64,000 bases of DNA from a virus (Duplodnaviria > Caudoviricetes), in the IMG/VR virus record IMGVR_UViG_3300028886_000028, positions 160,001-224,000 of that record; one strand, given 5' to 3'. The position numbers and the translations under genes were made by a program. This document shows, piece by piece, positions 29,189 to 38,977 of the stretch (the stretch's first letter is position 1; each line of letters starts with the position of its first letter). Under the pieces are notes generated by a model. That model made no database searches and had not been told where the DNA came from. It was given only the letters and a program-made list of their open reading frames with translations.

Positions 29189-29276
29189 GCTCTTGTGGTG
29201 GAATTGATAGACACCCCAGAATTAGAATCTGGTGCGAAATAATAGTAGCGTGTGGGTTTGAGTCCCTCCAGGAGCA
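29189..29276 (+). tRNA. tRNA-Leu(TAG), atypical
   Basis: GCTCTTG/CAGGAGC acceptor, CCAGA-ATTAGAA-TCTGG anticodon arm. The D loop has GA instead of GG and the T loop is TTTGAGT. Confidence 0.75.
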
Positions 29277-29617
29277 CTTTTTTGAAATAAATAATATTTA
29301 TATTATGAGTCCTTGTTGGCATTGCCCTTATTTCAATAAAATGGGAAAAAGGTATTTTTGCTCATTGAAGGGTATCTATTTAACAGAAAATGGTGTAGAT
29401 TTTTGCTCTGGGCCGAGTTACAAATATAAAAAGAAACATAAAAATAGAAAAAAATGAAGAATATAACACGACAACAACAGCAACAAAGTTAAGTCGTATC
29501 AACCATATGGGAACGGTTGATACTGATATTGTATTAACCAATCCTATTTATATTATAATTATTTTTTACCTTAAGTTCCCATTAGTAACAATACTGATGG
29601 GATTTTTTGTTTTATAA

Positions 29618-29689
29618 TGGAGAGTGGTATAACGGCCATTACACGAGATTTTGGTCCTCGGAATCCGGGTTCGATTCCCGGCTCTCCAA
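29618..29689 (+). tRNA. tRNA-Gln(TTG)
   Basis: TGGAGAG/CTCTCCA acceptor, anticodon loop TT-TTG-GT, CCGGG-TTCGATT-CCCGG T arm. Confidence 0.88.
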
Positions 29690-29696
29690 CAAAAAA

Positions 29697-29783
29697 TGGG
29701 AGTTGGCCGAGTGGTTTAAGGCGTGTGCCTCTGGAACACATGTAGACATAAATCTACCGTAGGTTCGAATCCTACATTCCCAA
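29697..29783 (+). tRNA. tRNA with CTG (Gln) anticodon and long class-II variable arm
   Basis: TGGGAGT/ATTCCCA acceptor; TGTGC-CTCTGGA-ACACA anticodon arm; GTAGA-CATAAA-TCTAC variable arm; GTAGG-TTCGAAT-CCTAC T arm. Confidence 0.8.
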
Positions 29784-29853
29784 CTTTGAAAAAATGTTTT
29801 TTAACGTTAGTATATATTTATTCAAAATAAGAAATTAATTTTGAATAAAGAAA

Positions 29854-30045
29854 ATGGAATATTTTGTAGATACAGAAAGAATTAGTTTGGATTATTCATA
29901 TGATAGAATATTTAAAGAAATACCAAAATATAGATTAACATTATATGATAAATATGGGCATTTTGATGCTGACGTTTATTTAACAGATGAACAAATTGAA
30001 GATTTGCTCACGGGACTTGAAAAAATAAAAAATAACATTAAATGA
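29854..30045 (+). CDS. Hypothetical protein
   Basis: ORF track. Confidence 0.55.
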   Translation: MEYFVDTERISLDYSYDRIFKEIPKYRLTLYDKYGHFDADVYLTDEQIEDLLTGLEKIKNNIK

Positions 30046-30182
30046 TATGGGTACATTATTTAATTTTGCAATGCATGTTATTTTATGGCCTATTGTTTTG
30101 TTTCTGGTCTTTACAGCGACTACGAATATTGATTTAATTTTTTATGCTATAAAGAAAGTATTAATTAAAATAAAAGAATATT

Positions 30183-30392
30183 ATGAATTTATTAGAAAAC
30201 GTATTTGTAAAAAAAGCAATAAAGTCGATGATGACGGCGGAGCAATTCGAGACTATGCAGAATTTTATGACAGCAGTTCAGTCTGGGAAGATTGACCAAA
30301 ACAAACTTAAAAATGTTGGTGAAAAATTATCTAAAATATCGCCGGAAGAAGTGAATAATCTTTTGGACATAATAGACAAAAACTTGAAGTAG
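30183..30392 (+). CDS. Hypothetical protein
   Basis: ORF track; overlaps the 30047..30295 ORF. Confidence 0.5.
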   Translation: MNLLENVFVKKAIKSMMTAEQFETMQNFMTAVQSGKIDQNKLKNVGEKLSKISPEEVNNLLDIIDKNLK

Positions 30393-30438
30393 TAATTCAA
30401 CTACTCAAGTTTTTCTTTTTTTATAAAAACATTTTTAA

Positions 30439-30825
30439 ATGGTACATGTTATTAATATAAAAACTGATGATAAGACAATGGATGAAGGATATTTCTACGT
30501 AGGCCGTAGCAAATATAATAATTCTCCACTTGGAAACCCCTTTACATGTAAAGGAAAGCGAACAAGTTTAGCAAAACTATCATTTCCAACAGTTGAACAA
30601 GCAATAGAAGCCTACGAAATGTATTTTGATGCCATGTACGGTAAAGATGAAGATTTCACGAAGGCTTTTGATGAAATATACGAATATTATAAAACTGGAA
30701 AAGATGTATATCTTGGATGTTTTTGTGCACCGGGTAAATGCCATGCATCTATCATTGCTAAAAAATTGCAACAGAAATTAATAAAGGAAAAAATGGAAGA
30801 AAGAAAAAAGGAGAAGCTCAAATAA
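30439..30825 (+). CDS. DUF4326-like protein
   Basis: YVGR...SPLGNPF...LGCFCAP..CHA. Confidence 0.8.
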   Translation: MVHVINIKTDDKTMDEGYFYVGRSKYNNSPLGNPFTCKGKRTSLAKLSFPTVEQAIEAYEMYFDAMYGKDEDFTKAFDEIYEYYKTGKDVYLGCFCAPGKCHASIIAKKLQQKLIKEKMEERKKEKLK

Positions 30826-30842
30826 GCCTCTCCTTTTTATTT

Positions 30843-31741
30843 GGGAACTATATATCTGTTGGCATTAGTATATGCATAATAAGGTAGTATAAATAGAAAA
30901 CTTGATTGCCTTGGGCTGACGCTTGTGGCAATCAAGTTTATTTTGGTTTATTGGCGATGATGAATTCTCAACCTACCACAGGGCGAACCGAGAAGCCGTA
31001 GTAACGGTAGTCCTTGAACACGCCCTTGGCACCATTGAGAAAGAAGAAGCTGTAAGCGTTACCACTACCATTAGGAGAAGAACCCCAATAGTAACCGCTA
31101 TTGCCTACATCGCTCTGGCTACCATTGTACCAGCGGCCAACAGCAGGAAGAAATAAAACAGCCCCATTGGTGGCTGTGAATGTACCACCATTTATTCCAC
31201 TACCTTTGTAGTTTGTTACCCACTGATAAGTAGTATTAGCTGTCAATTCTTGCATTTGTACACTCGTTGGCATATGCCAAGAGCCACCCCACACTTGCAC
31301 TGCTGTATCTACAGAAGAATCTAATGGGTATTCTGTTCCACTATAGTTGCTATCGCCACTTGTTGCTGCATATTGAGCAGCGCCCTTACCGTATTGATAG
31401 TAATTACCATAATCCGTTTCTGATGAAGCACCCACGTTCATTGTAGCCCAAAGTGTACCACTTGGTAGACCAAGGTCAACATACTCATGGCCTGCATATG
31501 GGTCAACATAAGGATTATAATGCACTTCATTAGGCGTATCATTACATGTTGATACATTTGGTAGTATCAAATTACTCTGTGCTGATTCGTAATCAGTATG
31601 AGCATTAAATTTTTTTAAGTATTTCATAATTCTATTTTGTTTTTACTATAAATATCAGTTATATGTATAAATGAGCAATCCTTTGGTTGATTTTCTCATT
31701 ATTATAAACTAATAGATATTACCAATAGGTATATAATTCCG
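30843..31741. mobile_element. Putative non-autonomous gene cassette (IR-promoter-lectin gene-hairpin-IR)
   Basis: Imperfect terminal inverted repeats at 30843-30862 and 31722-31741; flanks TTTTATTT / TTTTGTTT; no transposase inside. Confidence 0.6.
30968..31627 (-). CDS. Anchor-peptide + C-type lectin protein; probable DGR target
   Basis: MKYLKKFNAHTDYESAQSNLILPNVS...; YVDLGLPSGTLWATMNVGA; FLPA.G...YW.SS...GFSVRPV. Confidence 0.88.
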   Translation of the reverse strand: MKYLKKFNAHTDYESAQSNLILPNVSTCNDTPNEVHYNPYVDPYAGHEYVDLGLPSGTLWATMNVGASSETDYGNYYQYGKGAAQYAATSGDSNYSGTEYPLDSSVDTAVQVWGGSWHMPTSVQMQELTANTTYQWVTNYKGSGINGGTFTATNGAVLFLPAVGRWYNGSQSDVGNSGYYWGSSPNGSGNAYSFFFLNGAKGVFKDYRYYGFSVRPVVG

Positions 31742-32066
31742 TTTTGTTTTGCTTAAAGTAAAATGGATTATCTTTTAATGATTCTATAATATCCATTTTT
31801 TCATCACAGATGCTTTTAAAAGCCTCTGTATCGTTTTCAAACAACTCAAACCATTCTCCTATAATGTTGGATGAATTAAAGTGATTATGAAGCATCTTTT
31901 CAAGTTTGAAAGGATGGCTTGTTTCATAAAAGTCTTTTATATATAATTCATAAGAACTTCCAGTTTGAAGCTGTTTCAATCTTTTATTAATATCTTTCGA
32001 CCTAGTAGAACCTATTTTAAACCTACCAGGATTTTCTTTTTCACCTATCAAATATACATATCCCAT
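31719..32066 (-). CDS. GIY-YIG superfamily (T5orf172/MUG113-like) protein
   Basis: GYVYLI...FKIG.T...KRLKQLQTG...E..LH......GEWF. Confidence 0.85.
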   Translation of the reverse strand: MGYVYLIGEKENPGRFKIGSTRSKDINKRLKQLQTGSSYELYIKDFYETSHPFKLEKMLHNHFNSSNIIGEWFELFENDTEAFKSICDEKMDIIESLKDNPFYFKQNKTELYTYW

Positions 32067-32169
32067 ACATATAAAATATAATGTTTTTTATTTTTGTTTC
32101 AACGTTTATAAATAAAAAACGGAAAGCCAAATTTAGGAAAAAATGTTGATATTATCGGATAAGTTTGCA

Positions 32170-32200
32170 AAAGAGCACTAGAAATAGTGCTCTTTTTTTT
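32170..32200 (+). terminator. Intrinsic terminator-like hairpin (AAAGAGCACTA...TAGTGCTCTTTTT)
   Basis: Perfect stem plus T-run. Confidence 0.65.
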
Positions 32201-32283
32201 GGTTAATTATATTTATTATTAAATAACATTTAAGCAGGTCTTTACTTGCTTTTCTTTAATAATCTATTTAGATAAATAAAATT

Positions 32284-35200
32284 ATGGCAAAAGACAGAAA
32301 AAAGCTGCAACATATTCACAGCAGTATTGCTGATAAGCAGCCAACACCAGCCACACTTGAGGTTGGAGAAATAGCGGTTAATAATGCCGCAGGACAAGAG
32401 TTCCTTTCAGTTAAAAATTCTCGTGACAAAGTAGTTAGATTTTCTTCAGATGAACAAATTGTTACAATCATGGAGAAAAAAGAAGTTATGCCTTATAAAG
32501 GCTATGTAAGAGGTGCTGAAGGCCCTGCTTCCACAAGCGCAGACACATATGGCTCTTATGGTATTACAAATCAAGACCTTATTGAAAATAAATCTAATAT
32601 CATTGTTAAATTAAACCAAGTTGCTGCTGGTAATACAGCAAAACATGGCGAAGTCAATGGAGCAAGAGACGCATATGATTTGTTAGTAAATCCAACATCT
32701 GATGGAGGTTTGACTGATGGAGCCGGATTCTTTATTGATATGTCACGTTATGCAATGCAAGGTGCAAACCCATCATTTAGTTCAGTTACAACTAATTGCC
32801 ACGCAGTACTCAACGGAACAACCGAAGTAAAAGGCACTGATGGAGAATGTGGTAGCAAACTTGATATTGATGTAAATGAGATTGAAGCAAGTGCTAATAC
32901 TATTATTAATATTGCTGACACAAGCATCATCAATTCTACAGATTTATTTGAAATTTCAGAAAATATAAGTGGTGGTACTGTTAATATTAACACTACAAAT
33001 GTAAACGTTAGTGCTGATACTACTGATATTAAATCTTGTGATAAAGTAAAAACAAGCACTAATGATTTTGAAATTGTTGAGTGTGAAGATGGCGGCCATG
33101 TTTTAGTTGATGTTACTAACGTTGGAATATCCGCAAGTAGCACAAATATTGAGTCTTGTGATGGTATTAAAGCAGAAACAAATAAATTTGAAATTGTTGA
33201 ATGCGGCGATGGACAAATTATTGTAGATGTTACTAATGTTAATATTAGTGCAGATACAGAAGAAATTAAAGCTTGTGATAGTTTTAAACTTGGCACAAAC
33301 AATTTTGAGTTAAATGAATGCGAAAATGGTAGCGGTAATACAATTGTAAATACAACAAATGTAAGCATATCCGCAAACACTGCTAATATTAAGTCTTGTG
33401 GAGAAATTATAAATGAAACAGACAAGTTTGAAATAAAAGAATGCAATGATGGTGGACAAGTTGTTATAGATAGTACAAATGTTATCATTAGTGCAGCAAC
33501 AACAGATGTAAATTCTTGTGAAGCAGTAAATACGTTCACTAATAAGTTTAACGTAAATGAATGTGGTGAGAACGGAGAAGTTTCGTTTAACACAACTAAT
33601 ATGAATGTAAGTGCTGACACGACTGGCATTAAATCTTGTCAGGAAGTTAAAGCAGAAACAAATAGTTTTAAAGTAGTTCAATGTAACGAAGGTGGTGAAG
33701 TTGAATTAAACACTACAGATGTAAATATTAGTGCTGATACTACTGATATTAAATCTTGCCAATCTATAAATGCCAACACAGATAATTTTAACATCAATCA
33801 ATGTAATGCGGAAAGTGGCAATGTTATTATCAATACAACAAATGTATCTACTTCTGCAAAAATAGTTAGTGTAGATGCTTGCGATAACGTTGAAATTAAA
33901 TCTGACAATATTGAATTAACTCAATGTGGAGAAGATGGAATAGTTAAAATTGATTCTAGTAAAACTAATATTAAGTCTTGCGATGAAATTAAACTTGAAT
34001 CTATGAATATAATTTTGACTGATGGGGAATGCGGCGATGGCCAAATTACAATTTCAGTCGATGATTTGTGTTTAATTGGCGAATCAAAAGTTAACGTATA
34101 TGGTGACGAAACAAATGTAGGATTGGATTGCATTGATGAACAAATTGCAAGTAATACTAACATATACGGTAATACTACTTTAATCACAACAAATATCAAT
34201 AAAAGCGGTAGTACTAATGAGGGAGATATTAGTGTATATGCAGACGGTAATATTAATATTGAAGCAAGTGGCGCTACTAATTTAACTAGTGATGGTATTG
34301 TTGTACGTTCAGAAGAAGATGTTTGCGTAGAAGCAAATAATAACGCAACATTGTTTGGACAAGATAATACTAAAATAGGCGTTTCTTGTTATGACAATAC
34401 AGTATCTGAAAATACTACAATCAATGGAAATAATATAGCAATTAGTGGTACTGGAATAAATGTAGATGCTTTAAATAACACTAATATTAATTCTTGTAAC
34501 GAAATTAATGTTAATACTAATAATTTAAATATCAACGAATGCGATAATGGTGGTAATATTGCTATTAATACCACTAATGTAAAAGCATCAGCAGCTACAG
34601 TATCAGTTAAATCTTGTGATAAGATTTCTAATGAAACAAATGAATTTGAAATTGTTAGTTGTGGTAGCGCAGATAGTAAAGTTTCAATTATCACCGATAA
34701 TACAGTTATTTATTCTTGTTCTGGAATAAGCGCAAGCACAAATGATTTGTTTATTAAATCATGTAATGATGGTGATGGAAATGCTCGTGTAGAATTTAAT
34801 AATGTTAATATTGATTCTTGCGGCCATAACTACATCAACACTGATGATTTTAAAATTACAGAATGTACAGAAGGAAACGGTAGTGTAACCATTACTACAA
34901 CTAATACAGATATTAATTCTTGCAATGGTGTTAATATTAATACTGATGAATTAGTTGTTGCTAATTGTAGTGGTAATAGTAATGTTGTAGTTGGAACTGA
35001 TAACGTAAGCATTTCATCTGATACTACAAACATAAACTCTTGTGATGGTATTAATGCAAGCACAAATGAATTTGTTATTGCAAAATGTGATGACTCAAAT
35101 AGTGGTAGCGTTATCGTTAATACTAACAATGTAAGTATTTCGTCTAATACAACTGATATTAACTCTTGTGATAGAATAAGTTTAAAATCTGATGATATAG

Positions 35201-37704
35201 AAATAGGCGAGTGTAGTGATGGCAATGGTAAAGTTGACATCAAAGGATGCAGTGGAATTACGTTAGAATCTGATAACATTGTATTAAAAGAATGTGAAAG
35301 AGGAAAAATTACCATTTCAGCTAGTGACCTTTGCCTTGCAGGTGATGACAAAGCAAACTTATATGGCGTAGAAACAAATGTAGGTTTGGATTGTAATTGT
35401 AATAGCGGAGCAACAATAGCAGAAACTACAAGAGTATTTGGACAAGGTATATTAATTACCAATGAAGAAAATTGCAGTGCTACAACATCTGTTGATAACA
35501 TCAACATTAAGGCAAAAGAAAATATAATAAGCCAAGGTGTTAACATATTTAGCAATGCTGTTAGCGGAATTAATTTTGTTCAAGGTGATGAATATGTCCA
35601 GTTAAAAGGCGGTGATATTGATGAAGAAAACGCAGTGTCTGGAAATGGTGTTAGTGTAAAACTTAATTCTGATGGTAATTTAAAAGAAATAGCATCAGAT
35701 AGCATTGAAAAAATCGCAATTAACAATATAGTTGAAATTGCTGATAGTATTAATAATACCGCATCTTCTAGCATATGTTATGAATCTGAAAGTGCTGCCA
35801 CAATATTTGGTGCTTCAAATACAAACGTAGGTGTAAATTGTGAAAATACTGTTACAGCCGATACTACTAACGTAAAAGGTGGAAAAGTAATTATTCATGC
35901 AGCAGAAACTAATCTTGGTTTAACAGCAAAACAAGATATAATTGAATCATCAGAGAATGACATTATAATTACTGCAAATGATAAAATATGTGAACAAGCC
36001 GGTGATACAGCATCATTCTATGGTAAAAATACCACTAAGATTGGCGTAAATTGTAATGGCGATGTCACTAAAGAATTAGTAATAGAAGCAGAAAATGCTT
36101 GCGTAAATGGAGAAGATAGAGCAACAGTATTTGGATTCACTTATTCAGATTTAGGTATTAATTGCGAAGAAAATAATATTTCAATTAATACACGAGTTAG
36201 TGGCTTTACTACTGATATTGGTGGTGCGGCTGGCGTAAACATATTAGGAGCAATTAATGACGTGAATATTACTAATTTATATGGTAATGTCAATATAAGT
36301 GGAGGCACTTCTATAAATGTAGATTCAGAAGAAATTAATGAGAATGGAACAACTATTAATATAGAAGCAAGTGATGAACTTTTTGAAAGCGGAAATAATG
36401 TATCTCTATTCGCCGCTGAAAGACTTTGTGAAAGTGGTAATAATGTATCTATTTTCGCTAATTCTAATTTACACATAGGTGGAAGTGATTGCACTACATC
36501 AGGTGGCAGCGGAACTATCGTTATTGAGAGAAGACCTACTTATATAACATCAATTTCTTCTACTACTGTTGACTTAGCTTTAGATGAAGTATATGATAGA
36601 AGTAAAGTTTACATGACGGTTTCTCCTAATCCAAGTGGAGATAGCGCAGATACATTAATAACTTATACATTATGGCAAGATAGTGGTGCTACCAATCCAA
36701 GAAAAATTGGTGACATTAATTTACCGAAAGACCATTTGATTAAAGATGCAAGAGTTGTTTATGGTGTTGTATCAGAAAACGCTAGTACTGGCGAACAAAC
36801 TTTCTCTTCATGCAGCACTCAATCAAATAACTGTAGATGGTATATTGAAATGGAGTGGTTTACTTGGGATGGAACGCAGCATAGTAAATTTACTTATATT
36901 CCGGCAGACAGTTTAGTTAAAGACATTAAAGCTGAAAATCCATCAAATAGAGGTGTTACTGTTGATGTGCAGTATAATAGTACAAGCGGAATAAATTTGG
37001 TTTCTGCTGATACGACAATTAGTGTTTCACATAATAACTCAGCAACAACATTTACAAAAAATGATGGAATCCATTCAATAACTTCACATGTTCTTACAGT
37101 TAAAGAAAACGGTTCATCAATTGGTCAATTTGACCCATTTAGCGCTGATAGTGAGATTAATGTAACTATTCCTACTTGCGTTAGTGGGTTTGGAAGAGCA
37201 ACACTTGATTATCAATATTTAGGAACTGGATACACTGTAACCGATAAAACTAATGGTAATTATGACCCAGGTTCGGCTTGCACAAATGATGTAATTAATA
37301 CAATATATATTCCTACAAGTCTCGATAATTTAGCAGAATATAATGGTAATTGTTACGAGTTTGAACACGATGTATGTATGGGCAGAAATAAAATTGTTGC
37401 TAACGCATTTTACAATAGCTCAGATTTAAAATTAAAAGAGAATATAAAAACAATTGACGATGAAACACTTGAAAAAGTAAATGCAATTGATTTAAAATCA
37501 TTTAACTTTAAGTCAGACGCAGAAAAAGAGAAAAAATATGGAGTTATTGCACAAGATGTTGAAAATGCTGGTTTGAATGAAATTGTTCATAAAAACGAAA
37601 ATGGCATATTGAGCGTAGATTATGTCCAGTTATTGATATTGAAACTTGCAAGTTTGGAGAAAGAAGTTAAATCACTTAAAGAAGAATTGAAAAACAAGCA
37701 ATAA
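32284..37704 (+). CDS. Long tail fibre/spike with Cys-rich beta repeats and C-terminal intramolecular chaperone (Peptidase S74)
   Basis: N-terminal GEIAVN fibre motif; repetitive beta-rich body; SSDLKLKENI...YGVIAQDV...VDY plus coiled coil. Confidence 0.88.
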   Translation: MAKDRKKLQHIHSSIADKQPTPATLEVGEIAVNNAAGQEFLSVKNSRDKVVRFSSDEQIVTIMEKKEVMPYKGYVRGAEGPASTSADTYGSYGITNQDLIENKSNIIVKLNQVAAGNTAKHGEVNGARDAYDLLVNPTSDGGLTDGAGFFIDMSRYAMQGANPSFSSVTTNCHAVLNGTTEVKGTDGECGSKLDIDVNEIEASANTIINIADTSIINSTDLFEISENISGGTVNINTTNVNVSADTTDIKSCDKVKTSTNDFEIVECEDGGHVLVDVTNVGISASSTNIESCDGIKAETNKFEIVECGDGQIIVDVTNVNISADTEEIKACDSFKLGTNNFELNECENGSGNTIVNTTNVSISANTANIKSCGEIINETDKFEIKECNDGGQVVIDSTNVIISAATTDVNSCEAVNTFTNKFNVNECGENGEVSFNTTNMNVSADTTGIKSCQEVKAETNSFKVVQCNEGGEVELNTTDVNISADTTDIKSCQSINANTDNFNINQCNAESGNVIINTTNVSTSAKIVSVDACDNVEIKSDNIELTQCGEDGIVKIDSSKTNIKSCDEIKLESMNIILTDGECGDGQITISVDDLCLIGESKVNVYGDETNVGLDCIDEQIASNTNIYGNTTLITTNINKSGSTNEGDISVYADGNINIEASGATNLTSDGIVVRSEEDVCVEANNNATLFGQDNTKIGVSCYDNTVSENTTINGNNIAISGTGINVDALNNTNINSCNEINVNTNNLNINECDNGGNIAINTTNVKASAATVSVKSCDKISNETNEFEIVSCGSADSKVSIITDNTVIYSCSGISASTNDLFIKSCNDGDGNARVEFNNVNIDSCGHNYINTDDFKITECTEGNGSVTITTTNTDINSCNGVNINTDELVVANCSGNSNVVVGTDNVSISSDTTNINSCDGINASTNEFVIAKCDDSNSGSVIVNTNNVSISSNTTDINSCDRISLKSDDIEIGECSDGNGKVDIKGCSGITLESDNIVLKECERGKITISASDLCLAGDDKANLYGVETNVGLDCNCNSGATIAETTRVFGQGILITNEENCSATTSVDNINIKAKENIISQGVNIFSNAVSGINFVQGDEYVQLKGGDIDEENAVSGNGVSVKLNSDGNLKEIASDSIEKIAINNIVEIADSINNTASSSICYESESAATIFGASNTNVGVNCENTVTADTTNVKGGKVIIHAAETNLGLTAKQDIIESSENDIIITANDKICEQAGDTASFYGKNTTKIGVNCNGDVTKELVIEAENACVNGEDRATVFGFTYSDLGINCEENNISINTRVSGFTTDIGGAAGVNILGAINDVNITNLYGNVNISGGTSINVDSEEINENGTTINIEASDELFESGNNVSLFAAERLCESGNNVSIFANSNLHIGGSDCTTSGGSGTIVIERRPTYITSISSTTVDLALDEVYDRSKVYMTVSPNPSGDSADTLITYTLWQDSGATNPRKIGDINLPKDHLIKDARVVYGVVSENASTGEQTFSSCSTQSNNCRWYIEMEWFTWDGTQHSKFTYIPADSLVKDIKAENPSNRGVTVDVQYNSTSGINLVSADTTISVSHNNSATTFTKNDGIHSITSHVLTVKENGSSIGQFDPFSADSEINVTIPTCVSGFGRATLDYQYLGTGYTVTDKTNGNYDPGSACTNDVINTIYIPTSLDNLAEYNGNCYEFEHDVCMGRNKIVANAFYNSSDLKLKENIKTIDDETLEKVNAIDLKSFNFKSDAEKEKKYGVIAQDVENAGLNEIVHKNENGILSVDYVQLLILKLASLEKEVKSLKEELKNKQ

Positions 37705-37768
37705 ATTAAATAATAGGGTAATATCCTAAAAAAATATTACCCTTTTTAATAAATTAAAATAAACAAAT

Positions 37769-38968
37769 ATGGCAGAAATAACATGTTGTTCAAGTGCTAC
37801 TTGTGATGGTTTATTAACCGTTGGGTATATGGAAGACATTATATCTCAAAATTCGCAAAACACTTGTTTCAGTCTTGAAAGAGGTGGTACTGCATATAAT
37901 GAATGCTGTAATGCTCCAAGTTCTTCAACAGTGGTAAATTATTCTCAAGCTATCAGTGGGTATTATGCTAAAAATAGGGTGATTGATAATGATGACCCAA
38001 ATAATGATGAAACTGGATTTGTATTTGTAACTCCATCTAGGAGTTATAATGGCTGTTGTAGTCAAAGTACAATTGGAGTAGGAAATACTATATTAAAAAA
38101 ATCAGAAGTATATTTTGATTATACAAAAGCAGAAAATAATGACGTAACAGCCAATGAAGAACCTGGTATATGCGACTTAAATTATAGTGTAACAGAAACA
38201 AAAACTTATACCAGATATCATAAAGGATGTGATGGCAATGATGGTCAGCCACAAACTATTTCTGTAAGTAAAACTCACAATCAAAACACTGATGGAGTAA
38301 TACAAAAGATTTTTACACGAAACAATAATTATACAAATGCTTGGACTGTTTCATTTAGCCCTAGCATTAAAGAAATAACAGGATTAACAAGAGATTGTAA
38401 AACTTCTATATCAGATTTTGTAAGATGGAAATTCCCAGAATATACTGTAGGGTATAATTTTGAAACGTCACAATTAAGTTCAGAAATACCTTGCGATGGA
38501 ACCAGCGTAACTCTTACCTTTTCTTCTAATACCGAATGCGATAAAGATTTTAATATTGCTGTTACTGCAAAGAGTAGAAGAAGCGAATTGGAAGAAGTTG
38601 ATGATGATACAATAGTTATAACTACTACTTGTCAGCCATTGCAAAGTGTAACCCCTATTGGAGAAGATAGTGGAAGGCAGGCTATTATACCTATATGTAC
38701 TGTTAACATAAATATCGGTACTAATATAAATGGATATGAAAGTGGTACAGTGTACGTTTCAATAAGTGCTAATGATGGAGAAATTACTGGAACAACAGGG
38801 TATACTTTTGAAAGGTCATTGTGTTCTTGGTACGCAGGTACAGTTGAAAGCCCTGGTTGTGACGAATATTGGCCAAAAGTAAATTGGACGAATCCACCGG
38901 GTAATGATGGACAACCAAAAGACGTTCAACAAATTGAAAAAAATTGTAATAATAGTAAATTAAATTAA
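37769..38968 (+). CDS. Cys-rich putative tail protein
   Basis: Located in the tail operon; T/S/C-rich. Confidence 0.55.
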   Translation: MAEITCCSSATCDGLLTVGYMEDIISQNSQNTCFSLERGGTAYNECCNAPSSSTVVNYSQAISGYYAKNRVIDNDDPNNDETGFVFVTPSRSYNGCCSQSTIGVGNTILKKSEVYFDYTKAENNDVTANEEPGICDLNYSVTETKTYTRYHKGCDGNDGQPQTISVSKTHNQNTDGVIQKIFTRNNNYTNAWTVSFSPSIKEITGLTRDCKTSISDFVRWKFPEYTVGYNFETSQLSSEIPCDGTSVTLTFSSNTECDKDFNIAVTAKSRRSELEEVDDDTIVITTTCQPLQSVTPIGEDSGRQAIIPICTVNINIGTNINGYESGTVYVSISANDGEITGTTGYTFERSLCSWYAGTVESPGCDEYWPKVNWTNPPGNDGQPKDVQQIEKNCNNSKLN

Positions 38969-38977
38969 TGATATAAT

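Noticed and set aside
29724-29740. Reading the last tRNA as tRNA-Ser(GGA)
   Set aside because: Centring GGA in a 7-nt loop destroys the anticodon stem pairing; the CTG register pairs 4 of 5 positions.
30047-30295. 82-aa membrane ORF overlapping 30183..30392
   Set aside because: It overlaps a second plausible ORF by 113 nt, and I cannot decide from sequence whether both are real.
4511-31150. One of the lectin 3' regions acting as the DGR template repeat for the others
   Set aside because: All lie within intact ORFs, none is AAC-rich, and pairwise differences are not confined to adenines; no RT gene is in the window.
31719-32066. GIY-YIG gene as the mobiliser of the adjacent cassette
   Set aside because: It is a short T5orf172-type domain lying essentially outside the inverted repeats and appears to be the insertion target; such proteins are not known to act on terminal IRs.
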